Assembly (NCBI GenBank): GCA_963771045.1 | Contig: CAVYRW010000004.1 | Span: 320,001-384,000 of the forward strand | Length of the DNA stretch: 64,000 bases | DNA from: Waddliaceae bacterium | GTDB lineage: Bacteria > Chlamydiota > Chlamydiia > Chlamydiales > SLFE01 | Direction of reading: 5' to 3' | Program-made: the position numbers and the translations under genes | Notes under the pieces: model-generated | What the model was told of the DNA's origin: nothing | The model's database searches: none | The model's input: the letters and a program-made list of their open reading frames with translations, nothing else | In this document: one piece after another, positions 43,537 through 56,412 of the stretch | How positions within the stretch are numbered: position 1 is the stretch's first letter | How the letters are laid out: every line of letters begins with the position of its first letter

Positions 43537-44311
43537 AGTCTTCCTCTATGCTTGAATAGGTTCCATGGAATGTTTCGTAAGTATCTTGGGATAGGTGGGG
43601 AAGCTGCGACCGCTCAGGAAAAGAGGTTCGTCTGTCAAAGAGGTAAATTTCATAGGTCAGGCTTCCCCGCGTCGATTCATAGATGACTCGCCCCCCTCTA
43701 TCTTGCAAGGCATTTCTGATATATTGGGTATGGTCTCCCGTGTTGACGGGGTTTTCTATGAGGACGACCGGGGCTAAGGGGAGTATGGCGTCAATCACTT
43801 CTGAATAGACCTCATAACTAGCTGAAGGGCTTTTCCTCATGTGGTGGATCACAGAAAAAGCCACAATAAGGTCGAAAGCTTCCTGTTTGCCTAGTTTGAC
43901 CAAGTCACCAGCGAAGATCTGGGTCTGCAGCAGGGTAAGATCTTTTAAGTGTCCATTTTGTTCGCAAAGGTATTTTAATAATTCCCCTGTGTTCCACACA
44001 AAATCAGAGATCGGATATCCCCCTTCGATCATCGTGCAGCGGGCGCCAAACTCATCGGCCATGCGGAAGCTGAAATACCCTTGAGAGGCGCCAATGTCTA
44101 AAGTCTTAAAAGATTGAGAGAGAGTCTTTAATACTTCTTGTATGGCTTCATAACGGTCCTGGCATTTCCGAACTCCCGGTTTAACAACTTCTCCTTGTAT
44201 CAACACATCTTGATAGAGTTCAGGCAAATCATAGATATCTGCCCAAGCGAAAGAGATGAATAGAATCATCAAAAATGACAAAAAAGATCTCATAATCTTG
44301 CTTTTTAGCAT
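43526..44311 (-). CDS. Class I SAM-dependent methyltransferase, WbdD-like, with signal peptide
   Basis: LPELYQ...R.C..R, LDIGASQGYFS, FDLIVAFSVIHH. Confidence 0.8.
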   Translation of the reverse strand: MLKSKIMRSFLSFLMILFISFAWADIYDLPELYQDVLIQGEVVKPGVRKCQDRYEAIQEVLKTLSQSFKTLDIGASQGYFSFRMADEFGARCTMIEGGYPISDFVWNTGELLKYLCEQNGHLKDLTLLQTQIFAGDLVKLGKQEAFDLIVAFSVIHHMRKSPSASYEVYSEVIDAILPLAPVVLIENPVNTGDHTQYIRNALQDRGGRVIYESTRGSLTYEIYLFDRRTSFPERSQLPHLSQDTYETFHGTYSSIEEDYAP

Positions 44312-44326
44312 GTTTTGAGCCGCGTA

Positions 44327-45343
44327 TCAAGGCAAGAGTATAATATCGGCAATTAAAGGCATGTGATCCGACGGGAAAAGGCCATTGACCTTCGCGGGGT
44401 TCACTGCATGCAAAAGCACTTTCACCTCAGGGGAGACAAAAATATGGTCTAAAAAGACGCCGGGAGTTCCGAAGCCTTTGAATGGCTCGGTTCCCGTTTT
44501 ATCATTTGTAAATGTTGACAAAGGGCCGATGTGTCCGAGAAGAGAGGCGTCTTTTGCGTCTTCCAGAAGGTCTGCTTTGAGGATTTTTTGAATATAGTCT
44601 CCGTCATAGAAGGGGAGCTTCTCCAAATCGAGGCGGCTTGGAAATGTGTTGAAATCTCCTGTCAAAACAAGGGGGCCGTTGTGGTTTCGGCTGAGAATGT
44701 CTTGTATCATTTCGGCTTGCTGCTCTCTTTTGGCGATGCTAGAAAAGGCCAGATGGACGTTCAAGACAGAAAGAGCCTTGCCATTGATCTTGTCGACAAG
44801 CTGAATTATCGTCAAAGTCGATGCGCTGGTGTTTTCCGGATTCACTTTTGACAAGTGCCAGATGCGGCTATTATCAAGAATAAACCGCTCTTTTTTGTAA
44901 AAAAGGCCGTTAATCTCTCCATCCTTGCAAGGGGAGCCGAAGAATTCGTATTTCTCCGATAGGGCTTCCATAAGATCGTCTAATTGATTGCCATAGAGTT
45001 CCTGAACTCCAACAATATCGGCATCCATATCGTCAAACATATCGATCACTCTTGCGCACCGGTTCGGCCAGCGGTTCTCTTCATCGAGGTTGTGATCGTA
45101 GAGATCGAACAGAATGTTGAAGCTGACAACCCGTATGCGTTCATCCAGAAGCTTAAGATTTTCTCTGATCTCAATCCCTTGACCGGGGGCATATTTGCCC
45201 AAGTCTATCCCTTCCAGCCGTTCTATTTTTTCCATTAAGGGAACAATAGAATTTTGAGCGGCAGCAAGAGAGGCTGCAAATGCTATTGTGACAATAAGTG
45301 ATAAAAAATATTTCAATTTTATCTTTCCGCCTTTTTTATTCAA
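44327..45343 (-). CDS. Secreted endonuclease/exonuclease/phosphatase family protein
   Basis: SFNI, GVQE, NVHL, GDFN, LDHIF, SDHMP. Confidence 0.9.
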   Translation of the reverse strand: MNKKGGKIKLKYFLSLIVTIAFAASLAAAQNSIVPLMEKIERLEGIDLGKYAPGQGIEIRENLKLLDERIRVVSFNILFDLYDHNLDEENRWPNRCARVIDMFDDMDADIVGVQELYGNQLDDLMEALSEKYEFFGSPCKDGEINGLFYKKERFILDNSRIWHLSKVNPENTSASTLTIIQLVDKINGKALSVLNVHLAFSSIAKREQQAEMIQDILSRNHNGPLVLTGDFNTFPSRLDLEKLPFYDGDYIQKILKADLLEDAKDASLLGHIGPLSTFTNDKTGTEPFKGFGTPGVFLDHIFVSPEVKVLLHAVNPAKVNGLFPSDHMPLIADIILLP

Positions 45344-45386
45344 TTGAATTATAAGAGGGAAATATAAATTTTTAATAAATTTTCCG

Positions 45387-46067
45387 CTAAATCTGCCGTT
45401 TCTGACGGTCCTTGCATTCTAAGGCTTTATAGACAACCTCATCGGGTGTGAGGTCGGAGGTATCGATGATATGGGCGTCTTCCGCTTGTTTCAGCGGAGA
45501 CACTTTTCTTGTTGAGTCGTAGTGGTCCCGTCTGTTGATCTGCTCGAGGATTTTCTCCAGGGTGAGTTTATCCGAGGTTTCGGGAAATTTTTCTTTGAGT
45601 TCTTTCATCCGCCTTTCGGCTCTCACTTCCGGCCGGCCGGTTAAAAAGATTTTCAGGTCGGCGTCGGGGAAGACGACAGTCCCCATATCGCGGCCTTCGA
45701 ATACGGCATTGACGCCTTTTGCCAGCTCGCGCTGAATGGAAACCAGCTTTTCCCGAACTTGCGGGATCGCCGCTATTTCGGAAACTTTGGAGGTGACTTC
45801 ATCGCCGCGAATGACATTGGTGACATTTTCCTCAGAGACATAATAGCATTTATCGCCCCGTCTGATCTTCATGTCAAATTCAAACTTGTCGAGAAATTCC
45901 TGAAGCTTCTCGGGATCATCTAAAGGAATATTTTGTTTGATAATTCCATAGGTAGCGCATCGGTACATGGCGCCTGTGTCGAAAAATATATAGCCTAAAG
46001 CATCTGCAACTTTTTTGGCGATTGTGCTTTTTCCTGTCGCGACCGACCCGTCTATAGTAATAATCAT
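45387..46067 (-). CDS. cmk: Cytidylate kinase
   Basis: IDGSVATGKST, DTGAMYR, EGRDMGTVVFP. Confidence 0.96.
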   Translation of the reverse strand: MIITIDGSVATGKSTIAKKVADALGYIFFDTGAMYRCATYGIIKQNIPLDDPEKLQEFLDKFEFDMKIRRGDKCYYVSEENVTNVIRGDEVTSKVSEIAAIPQVREKLVSIQRELAKGVNAVFEGRDMGTVVFPDADLKIFLTGRPEVRAERRMKELKEKFPETSDKLTLEKILEQINRRDHYDSTRKVSPLKQAEDAHIIDTSDLTPDEVVYKALECKDRQKRQI

Positions 46068-46914
46068 ATTGGCAGCATCCTTACATAACCATACACGAGT
46101 GGAAGAGTAAAAACAAGGGAATCGATAATATCAAGCAGTCCTCCGAGTCCGGGAAGCTGGCTGCTGTCTTTTACCTTGGCATCCCGCTTGAGAAGCGATT
46201 CCGAAAGATCCCCCAGCTGAGCGAGGAGGGCGATAATCAATCCGAAAATTAAAGAGGAAACAACACCGAGGTCGAGTGCGCCGCTTCCTGAAACCGCAGC
46301 AGCGATAAAAGGGAGGGAGACGCTGGATGCGAGGGCAAGTAGCAGTCCGCAGAAGGCCCCCTCGACGGTTTTATTAGGGCTGACATAGGGAGCAAGGGGC
46401 TTTTTCCCTATCATTTTCCCGCCGAAATAGGCTCCGGTATCATACAGTTTACTAACGAAAATAGCATAGACGACCCACCATCTGCCATCCCCGTCGGCAT
46501 TTGCGGGGAAATAATAGGTGATGAGTAAAATGCAGCTGAGAGGGACAGCCAGGTAGAGAATTCCAAAGAAGGTGATGGAAAGATTGACAAAAGGGTTCTC
46601 GCCTTTAAGCAGAAAGAGGTAAAAAGCAAAAAGAAGAGAGAGTATGACAATTAAATAGGGCAAAAAACAAAAAGGGGGGGCTTGAGTGGCGGTAAAAACT
46701 GAAAGCGCATAGGCAAATCCGGTCGCCATTCCGAGCATCGTCAACGGTTTGTGTCCTTTAAACGAGGCCAGACGATAGAATTCCCAAAGGACAAGAGCTG
46801 TTATGAAGGAAAAACCCAGAGCAAAAAAGGGCATGAATGCCGGCCATGTCGAGAAAAAAATCGCAACGAAAGCGGCAATTACCAGAATGGTCCCAATCGC
46901 GATTCTTTGCAGCA

Positions 46915-46915
<1 letters not shown>
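46064..46915 (-). CDS. cdsA: Phosphatidate cytidylyltransferase
   Basis: SPNKTVEG, GDLSESLLKR...KDS...PGLGGLLD. Confidence 0.95.
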
Positions 46916-50735
<3,820 letters not shown>

Positions 50736-50760
50736 AGGGCCTATGATACCAAATTCGGGA

Positions 50761-51603
50761 CTAATCTGCCAGCCTGTCAAATTGAATATTGACCCTTTTA
50801 TCATCCGAGGGATTATTTCGTATAAAAGCCACGGAAAAATCCTCTGTTATGTGATAACCGATGAGCAGATTTCCTCGCACGGCATTATCGCTGTGGATGG
50901 CCCCTTTTCTTGTATAGATCCCTTCGCCGGGGTTGAGTTCAAAGGCGGTTATCTGCAACCTACTCTTTGTCTTATCCGACCATCTCGCTAAAATATAATA
51001 ACTTCCTTTTTCATAGGCCATATGGAAGTGGGGTTGATCGTTGTGATACTCGAGAAAAACGCCTCCGAACTGTTCTGTCTGAACACCGCCTTCAAGCCAG
51101 TTTTCCCCAAATTCCATAAAAAATACGGGAAACTCCTTTCCAGGAAATCTGACTGGAGCGCCCTTAGGAATGACCGCTGCCCCGTAATAAGCCAGGGTTT
51201 CATCGGCGGCCTTGACCACCGGAAGCGTCAGGCTCTTTTCGTTAACGAAAAGTCGCACGGTATCTCCGAAAACATTGTCGCAATCGTTTTTTTGGGTTTT
51301 ATCCCAAGTGGCTTCTATTTCAAGAAAACTCGGAGTCTCGACATACTCTGGGGAAGACGTTTTTTCCTCTAGGTCAAGAGGGTAGAGTTCATTGGATATT
51401 TTAAAACGTCCGTTTTCAAAAATGTAGGATTCGCTGTTTTTGAGAACAAAAGCCAATCCTTTTGTCGTCATATTAGCCCCCGGACCGCCCCTGTCGATAG
51501 CAGCAAGTTTTCGGACGGTCTCTGAATCCAGCGATAAATGTTTTTTAATCTCTGCAACATCATTGATGTAATTGGGCTTGATTCCTGTGTTTATATTTAT
51601 CAT
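50761..51603 (-). CDS. Hypothetical protein with His-rich cupin-like C-terminal domain
   Basis: [11 protein letters not shown] ... GAIHSD. Confidence 0.55.
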   Translation of the reverse strand: MININTGIKPNYINDVAEIKKHLSLDSETVRKLAAIDRGGPGANMTTKGLAFVLKNSESYIFENGRFKISNELYPLDLEEKTSSPEYVETPSFLEIEATWDKTQKNDCDNVFGDTVRLFVNEKSLTLPVVKAADETLAYYGAAVIPKGAPVRFPGKEFPVFFMEFGENWLEGGVQTEQFGGVFLEYHNDQPHFHMAYEKGSYYILARWSDKTKSRLQITAFELNPGEGIYTRKGAIHSDNAVRGNLLIGYHITEDFSVAFIRNNPSDDKRVNIQFDRLAD

Positions 51604-51622
51604 TTTTTTCTCCTTATTAATT

Positions 51623-51684
51623 ACTACAAACGTAGTATTTTTAAGCAAAGTTATGCATGCGGCAGCTGTCTGCTACACATGTAG
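51623..51684. promoter_or_regulatory. Two BlaI/CopY-type operator boxes
   Basis: ACTACAAACGTAGT (51623-51636) and CTACACATGTAG (51673-51684), TACA-N2-TGTA type. Confidence 0.75.
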
Positions 51685-51710
51685 TATTTAAAGCTAAAAT
51701 TTTTATCTGT

Positions 51711-52709
51711 TTATATGAGCAAGCATGCCAGCGCTGCCGCGGCTCCTGCGCCTAAGGCAACCAACCCGGCAAGGCATAGCTTTTCCTTCTTTAAATCAAA
51801 ATCGAGCAGTGACTTAACCCGGGTCTTGATAAACTTTTTCTCGCCCCCCAATGAGCATAGAGGGGCGTAATTAATTATTTTGGCTTCTTTGGCCGCCTTG
51901 ATCAAAGCAGAAGCAAGCGATTCTGATTCATAGCCGTATTTAAAGATGCTTTGGTCGCAGGCCATTTCCTGTTCCTGCTTAAATTTTTCGGACCTCGAGC
52001 GTGTAGGAATCCACCAGAATAGCGCCGAAATCAACTCGGAAAACATTCGGGAAAGAGGGTCTTTCCAGAGGATATGTTCAAACTCATGGGCGATAATTGT
52101 TTCATATTCATCTTGAGAGGCTTCATTGACGACCCTTTCCGGCAAAACAATGACATGGGAGGAGGCGACAGGAATAAAAACTTCCCCGCTGGTATAAATC
52201 CGTATGTTTTTCTTTTCTATCGCTGAATTCAGCAGGGGATTTTCAATTTTTCGAGGGCTGATTTTTGCTTTTTGCACAAGTCTTCGAAAGCGGCGGATCA
52301 TCATGAAGGTTTGCGCTGCCTTTCGCGTGAGAGAGGCGGCTGTAACCGAGAAAAAAGAGAAAAAGATGGTGGAAAAGATCGGGCTTGCGTATTCGAGGGC
52401 AAGATAATTCATCAAAGAAATTTCGTTAGCAAAGAGATAGGTTTTCAGTTGCGGGTTGAATACTTGAAGCAACACATTTTGCACGCAGCTGCCGCAGATA
52501 AGGGGGTTAAGCCAGCTTCCCATACTGAGTTTATTAAAAAAGAGGTCAAGCAGAAGGCTTGCGAATGGAACAAGACGTAAAAAGGCTCGCATTCTGCGGT
52601 TTTTGATCCGCATGGAAAATATTAAGGCATCAACAACGGCAGCTGCTATAAAAAAGGCCAGCAAGGTGCCGATGATGTAGGAAATGAGATATAAAGGATT
52701 GGAAATCAT
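51711..52709 (-). CDS. M56 family metallopeptidase (BlaR1/MecR1-like, no penicillin-binding domain)
   Basis: TM segments, IIAHEFEH, LFWWIP, EQEMACD. Confidence 0.9.
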   Translation of the reverse strand: MISNPLYLISYIIGTLLAFFIAAAVVDALIFSMRIKNRRMRAFLRLVPFASLLLDLFFNKLSMGSWLNPLICGSCVQNVLLQVFNPQLKTYLFANEISLMNYLALEYASPIFSTIFFSFFSVTAASLTRKAAQTFMMIRRFRRLVQKAKISPRKIENPLLNSAIEKKNIRIYTSGEVFIPVASSHVIVLPERVVNEASQDEYETIIAHEFEHILWKDPLSRMFSELISALFWWIPTRSRSEKFKQEQEMACDQSIFKYGYESESLASALIKAAKEAKIINYAPLCSLGGEKKFIKTRVKSLLDFDLKKEKLCLAGLVALGAGAAAALACLLI

Positions 52710-53077
52710 TTGCCAGAAGACCTTCTTTTTTTGAGGAGTTTTTCCATTTCGTCGAGATCGTCGTCGGATAAATCATCTGCCGATTCAATCAGCTGGGCGA
52801 CAATAACAGATGTTTTGCCGCCAAAAAATTTCTTCTTGATCTTTTCCAGAAAAGAGTCGGAAGTTGAAGAGTCGGCAATCCAGTATTCGTATTGAAGGCC
52901 GATTTTCTCCCTTGCCAGCTGTTTTTTCTTCTCCAGGCGGCTCATCACGGTCATGACGGTATTATAATTGTCGTTTCCTCCCAGGGCCCGGTGGACTTCT
53001 TTAACGGTTTTCTTTTCTCCTGATCTCAATATGTAGAGGATTTCCGATTCCAATTCCCCAAAAGCTCTTTTTGTCAT
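52706..53077 (-). CDS. BlaI/MecI/CopY family repressor
   Basis: FGELESEIL...TVKEV...YNTVMTVMSRLEKK. Confidence 0.92.
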   Translation of the reverse strand: MTKRAFGELESEILYILRSGEKKTVKEVHRALGGNDNYNTVMTVMSRLEKKKQLAREKIGLQYEYWIADSSTSDSFLEKIKKKFFGGKTSVIVAQLIESADDLSDDDLDEMEKLLKKRRSSGK

Positions 53078-53105
53078 GCTTTGCTCCTTGTGTAAGAGCC
53101 ATATT

Positions 53106-53119
53106 ACTACAAACGTAGT
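53106..53119. promoter_or_regulatory. BlaI/CopY-type operator upstream of the repressor
   Basis: ACTACAAACGTAGT, identical to 51623-51636, between TTGTTT and TAATAT on the minus strand. Confidence 0.8.
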
Positions 53120-53142
53120 TTTTAAAACAAGACAATTTTTTT

Positions 53143-54480
53143 TTAATTTTTGTAAGGAGGTTTGATTTTGGGGATAAAGGCTGTATCGAGATATTTTTTG
53201 GGCACTTCTTCCCAAGGGCATCCAGTGTAGTAATCATATTTATAGGGAATGGACCCATTGGCAAACCTATGGGGCATTGAAACATAATCAGGTTTTTTCC
53301 AATCCCCAAAAACAAACGATTTATTTTTCCAGTTTTCTGTATTTTCATAATCGCATATTTTCTGCAGCGCAGCGCATTCACCTTCCTTTAAAGGGAGTTG
53401 AGTGACATTGGGAATGATTCCATGGGTTATGATGCTGGTTTTGATTCGTCCATCAAGCGGTTCATCGTCGAATAATTTGATGGATTTTTTAATTTTCTTG
53501 TAAGCGGCAGTTGTCATATAAGGGATGACAAAAATCAGATGCTGCTGAGCAATTTTGTTTGGGTTACCGGTTGCGATCTGAACCGCTCGTAACCAAAGTT
53601 TGTTTATGATTTTTTCCGCTATTTGCGTTCCCGAATAACTGCAGTCGTCGAAGATCAAAAGAGCATGATTTTCCTTTTTGAGAAAATCGGTATTTGTTTG
53701 ATTAAAATCAAAGTCTCCTCCAAATGGGCTGTCAGGATGAATATTAATGGCATTTTGCGGAAAATAACTTAAGTGGGGAAGGGCCAATTCAGCCACCCAT
53801 TTTTGGCTTCGTTCTGGAGCGTAGCCGACAGAAACATTTTTGATTTCAGGATGCCTAGCGAGAAAAAGGTTCAGTTTGTGGCACGATTGTTTTAAAGTAT
53901 TCAGGAACTGGGGCATTGTGATGTGCATAATGTGGAAGTCGATAACTTTTTTGGCCGCCTCTCTCACTTTATCATCATTAATCAGTTCAAGGTATAACTT
54001 GGCTTTCTTAGCATCAATCTCCTGTTTTTCGGCAAGAGGAGGATTGGCATTGAGGCAAGTTAGGCCGCTTTGGTTTAACCGTTTATGAATCTCCGATTTT
54101 TCAGAAGGCTTTTTGTATGTTTGGCGTGCCCTCCATGCCCTTTGGATGGCAGTGGCGGCAAGAATTTCGAGATCGGTTGGTTCTTCTAATTTATCACTAG
54201 AATTAGGGGAAGACAGAGAAGAAGCGGGTGGTGTTTTGATGACGTAATCATGAGACGATCTCAGGGCGGCTTTTAAACCGAGCATTATAAGCGGCAGGAT
54301 AATAGTGAAATAGGACGCGACTTTTAAGGAGGTTGTCAGCATTGATGCTTGAGTATCGACCAGTTCTACACTTATGGATCTATCATTAACTGAGACAACC
54401 TTGGCTTTTTTGCCTCCGAGGTAAAAGTAGCTATCCACCTTTTCTCTAAAGGCTTGTTCATTGGTTTTTGGGTGGTCCAT
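53143..54480 (-). CDS. Chlamydial effector-like protein: DUF648-like N-terminus, IQ motif, PRTase-like domain; 5' end abuts IS1
   Basis: EKVDSYFYLGGKKAKV...LKVASYFTIILPLIML; AATAIQRAWRARQTYK; LIFDDCSYSGTQ. Confidence 0.7.
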   Translation of the reverse strand: MDHPKTNEQAFREKVDSYFYLGGKKAKVVSVNDRSISVELVDTQASMLTTSLKVASYFTIILPLIMLGLKAALRSSHDYVIKTPPASSLSSPNSSDKLEEPTDLEILAATAIQRAWRARQTYKKPSEKSEIHKRLNQSGLTCLNANPPLAEKQEIDAKKAKLYLELINDDKVREAAKKVIDFHIMHITMPQFLNTLKQSCHKLNLFLARHPEIKNVSVGYAPERSQKWVAELALPHLSYFPQNAINIHPDSPFGGDFDFNQTNTDFLKKENHALLIFDDCSYSGTQIAEKIINKLWLRAVQIATGNPNKIAQQHLIFVIPYMTTAAYKKIKKSIKLFDDEPLDGRIKTSIITHGIIPNVTQLPLKEGECAALQKICDYENTENWKNKSFVFGDWKKPDYVSMPHRFANGSIPYKYDYYTGCPWEEVPKKYLDTAFIPKIKPPYKN

Positions 54481-55296
54481 AACATGTAATGCTCAATTTT
54501 TGAATTGACATTGATTTCCTTGTGCGTTTTCCTTTGTTTCTAAAACGAATGGAGGACCCAAATGACACCCACTTGTCCTAACTGTAAATCCACCAGTATC
54601 AAAAAGAACGGCCATATTCACAGTGGAAAGCAAAATCATAGGTGTTTGTCTTGTGGAAGGCAATTCGTCATCGATCCTCAGCAAAAAATAATATCAGATG
54701 AGACAAAATCAAGAGTAAGACAGGCATTGCTTGAACGCGTTTCTCTCGAAGGTATTTGTAGAATCTTTGACGTCAGCATGCCCTGGCTTTTGAATTTTAT
54801 GAACAGAATAATCGAAGATCTTCCAGAAGATTTGAATGCGGATGTCACTGGAGAAGAAGAGTTTGAGGTAGCTATACTTGAGCTTGATGAACAGTGGAGC
54901 TATGTAGGAAAGAAAAAAAATCCAATATGGCTTTGGCTCGCATTTCATTCAGGTACACGACAGGTATTAGCTATGCATGTAGGAAAAAGAAATAAGCAAG
55001 CAGCGGAATCCTTATTAGCGAAGCTCCCCGAGGACTTAAAAAAAAAGCCGTCTTTTATACGGATAAGTTCTCAATCTACTACGAAGTCCTTCCTTGGGAA
55101 CAACATCGCCCAGTCGGAAAGGAGTCAGGTAAGACAAGCTACATTGAGAGATTTAATAACACGCTCAGGCAGCGATGCTCAAGGCTAGTGAGAAAAACCC
55201 TTTCATTTTCAAAGAAAATTGAGAACCATATTGGCATGATAAAATATTTTATATGTGACTATAACCAGAGAAAAGCATTACAAGTTTAGGACTACC
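54471..55296 (+). mobile_element. IS1 family element, no target duplication
   Basis: TIRs GGTGGTCCATAACATGTAATGCT / (rc) GGTAGTCCTAAACTTGTAATGCT (19/23). Confidence 0.9.
54562..55289 (+). CDS. IS1 transposase; needs a -1 shift at the A9 run 55038-55046
   Basis: CPNC...KNG...CLSC Zn finger, LDEQWSYVGKK; then YTD, IERFNNTLRQR, SFSKK in the -1 frame. Confidence 0.9.
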
Positions 55297-55629
55297 AAAA
55301 AGCTCGTGCCCGTGCCCGATTTAACTTTGCTGTAATTAGCAGTGCTTGACATATTTAGAGCTTTGAATATGAGCAAATATTTTGACCATGAAAAACTGGA
55401 CGTTTATAAAGCAGCGATTGCATTTGTGATTCTGGTTGACGAGAAGATCAGATTTTACCGAATGGCTAAGCGGTCGGCAACTGAATGCGCTAGCATATTA
55501 GATATATGTAATCAGTTGCAATTAATTGGTGAACAGTTATTTAGACAAGGGCGAAGCCTTCTACTCAGAATTGTGGCTATGCTGATCAAACTTTCCTGTA
55601 GTTAGTTTGTAATCGGGCACGAGCTTTTT
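55297..55629 (+). mobile_element. Inverted-repeat-flanked four-helix-bundle cassette
   Basis: AAAAAGCTCGTGCCCGTGCCCGATT ... AATCGGGCACGAGCTTTTT. Confidence 0.7.
55369..55605 (+). pseudogene. Four-helix-bundle (23S rRNA IVP-like) protein with internal deletion
   Basis: FDHEKLDVYK...RFYRMAKRSATECASILD...RIVAML; the family's usual QL.RA..SI..NIAEG segment is missing. Confidence 0.8.
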
Positions 55630-55694
55630 CATGAAACCAACCTGAGACCGCCCCCAATTCTTCACAAGAACCATAATTTTTACAAGAGGAGGAT

Positions 55695-55779
55695 TGCGGC
55701 CAAGAAGACTTGAACTTCCACCGAGATAATCTCGACAAGAACCTGAATCTTGCGCGTCTACCAATTCCGCCATGGCCGC
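55695..55779 (-). tRNA. tRNA-Leu(CAG)
   Basis: GCGGCCATGGCGGAATTGGTAGACGCG; CAAGA-TTCAGGT-TCTTG; long variable arm. Confidence 0.95.
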
Positions 55780-55792
55780 AAAAAAAAAAGAT

Positions 55793-55875
55793 TGCCGAAG
55801 GAGGGACTCGAACCCACACCCGGTTGCCCGGAGTAGATTTTGAATCTACCGCGTCTACCATTCCGCCACTTCGGC
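55793..55875 (-). tRNA. tRNA-Leu(CAA)
   Basis: GCCGAAGTGGCGGAATGGTAGACGCG; GTAGA-TTCAAAA-TCTAC; GTTCGAGTC. Confidence 0.96.
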
Positions 55876-55998
55876 AAGAGCAAAATTATATGAGAAAGGG
55901 GATTTAAAATAAAAGGATATTGTCTCAGATGGCGTGGCAATGCTTGCATAAAAAAAAATTTTTACTCAATAATGATAATTTTGAATATGGAGGTTGCT

Positions 55999-56412
55999 AT
56001 GATTGATGGAATTAAAAGCGGTTTTTTTGACAATTATAATAACAGGGATTGGGAAGCTCTTAAAAAAATTTACACAGAGGACGCGGTTATTCACTCGTAT
56101 CAGTGCAAAGGCGGGCAGGCAGTTGTCGATATCGCAAAAAGAAAATTAAAGGCCATACCGGATTTCAAATTCACTCCCCTGTATAGCAGTTATGAAAACA
56201 ATACTGTTGTTGTGCATTGGTGTGCGGAGGGAACTGCAGCTGGTTCCATTATGCATCCCGAAAAAGAAAAAGTTGTTTTTTCCGGCTGCAATCAATTTCG
56301 CATTAGCGATGGGAAGGTGGCCGAACAGTGGGAAAATACGTTTTATTGCTCTTTGAAGCAGCCGATTTCATCGGCCAGCTCTTTGGGAGAGCCTGTTTCT
56401 TCAAAAGGGTGA
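55999..56412 (+). CDS. SnoaL/NTF2-like protein
   Basis: GGAGG RBS; YTEDAV, AIPD, VVHW, DGKVAEQW. Confidence 0.75.
   Translation: MIDGIKSGFFDNYNNRDWEALKKIYTEDAVIHSYQCKGGQAVVDIAKRKLKAIPDFKFTPLYSSYENNTVVVHWCAEGTAAGSIMHPEKEKVVFSGCNQFRISDGKVAEQWENTFYCSLKQPISSASSLGEPVSSKG

Noticed and set aside
55297..55629. Diversity-generating retroelement suggested by the Avd-related four-helix protein
   Set aside because: No reverse transcriptase and no TR/VR pair seen in the window
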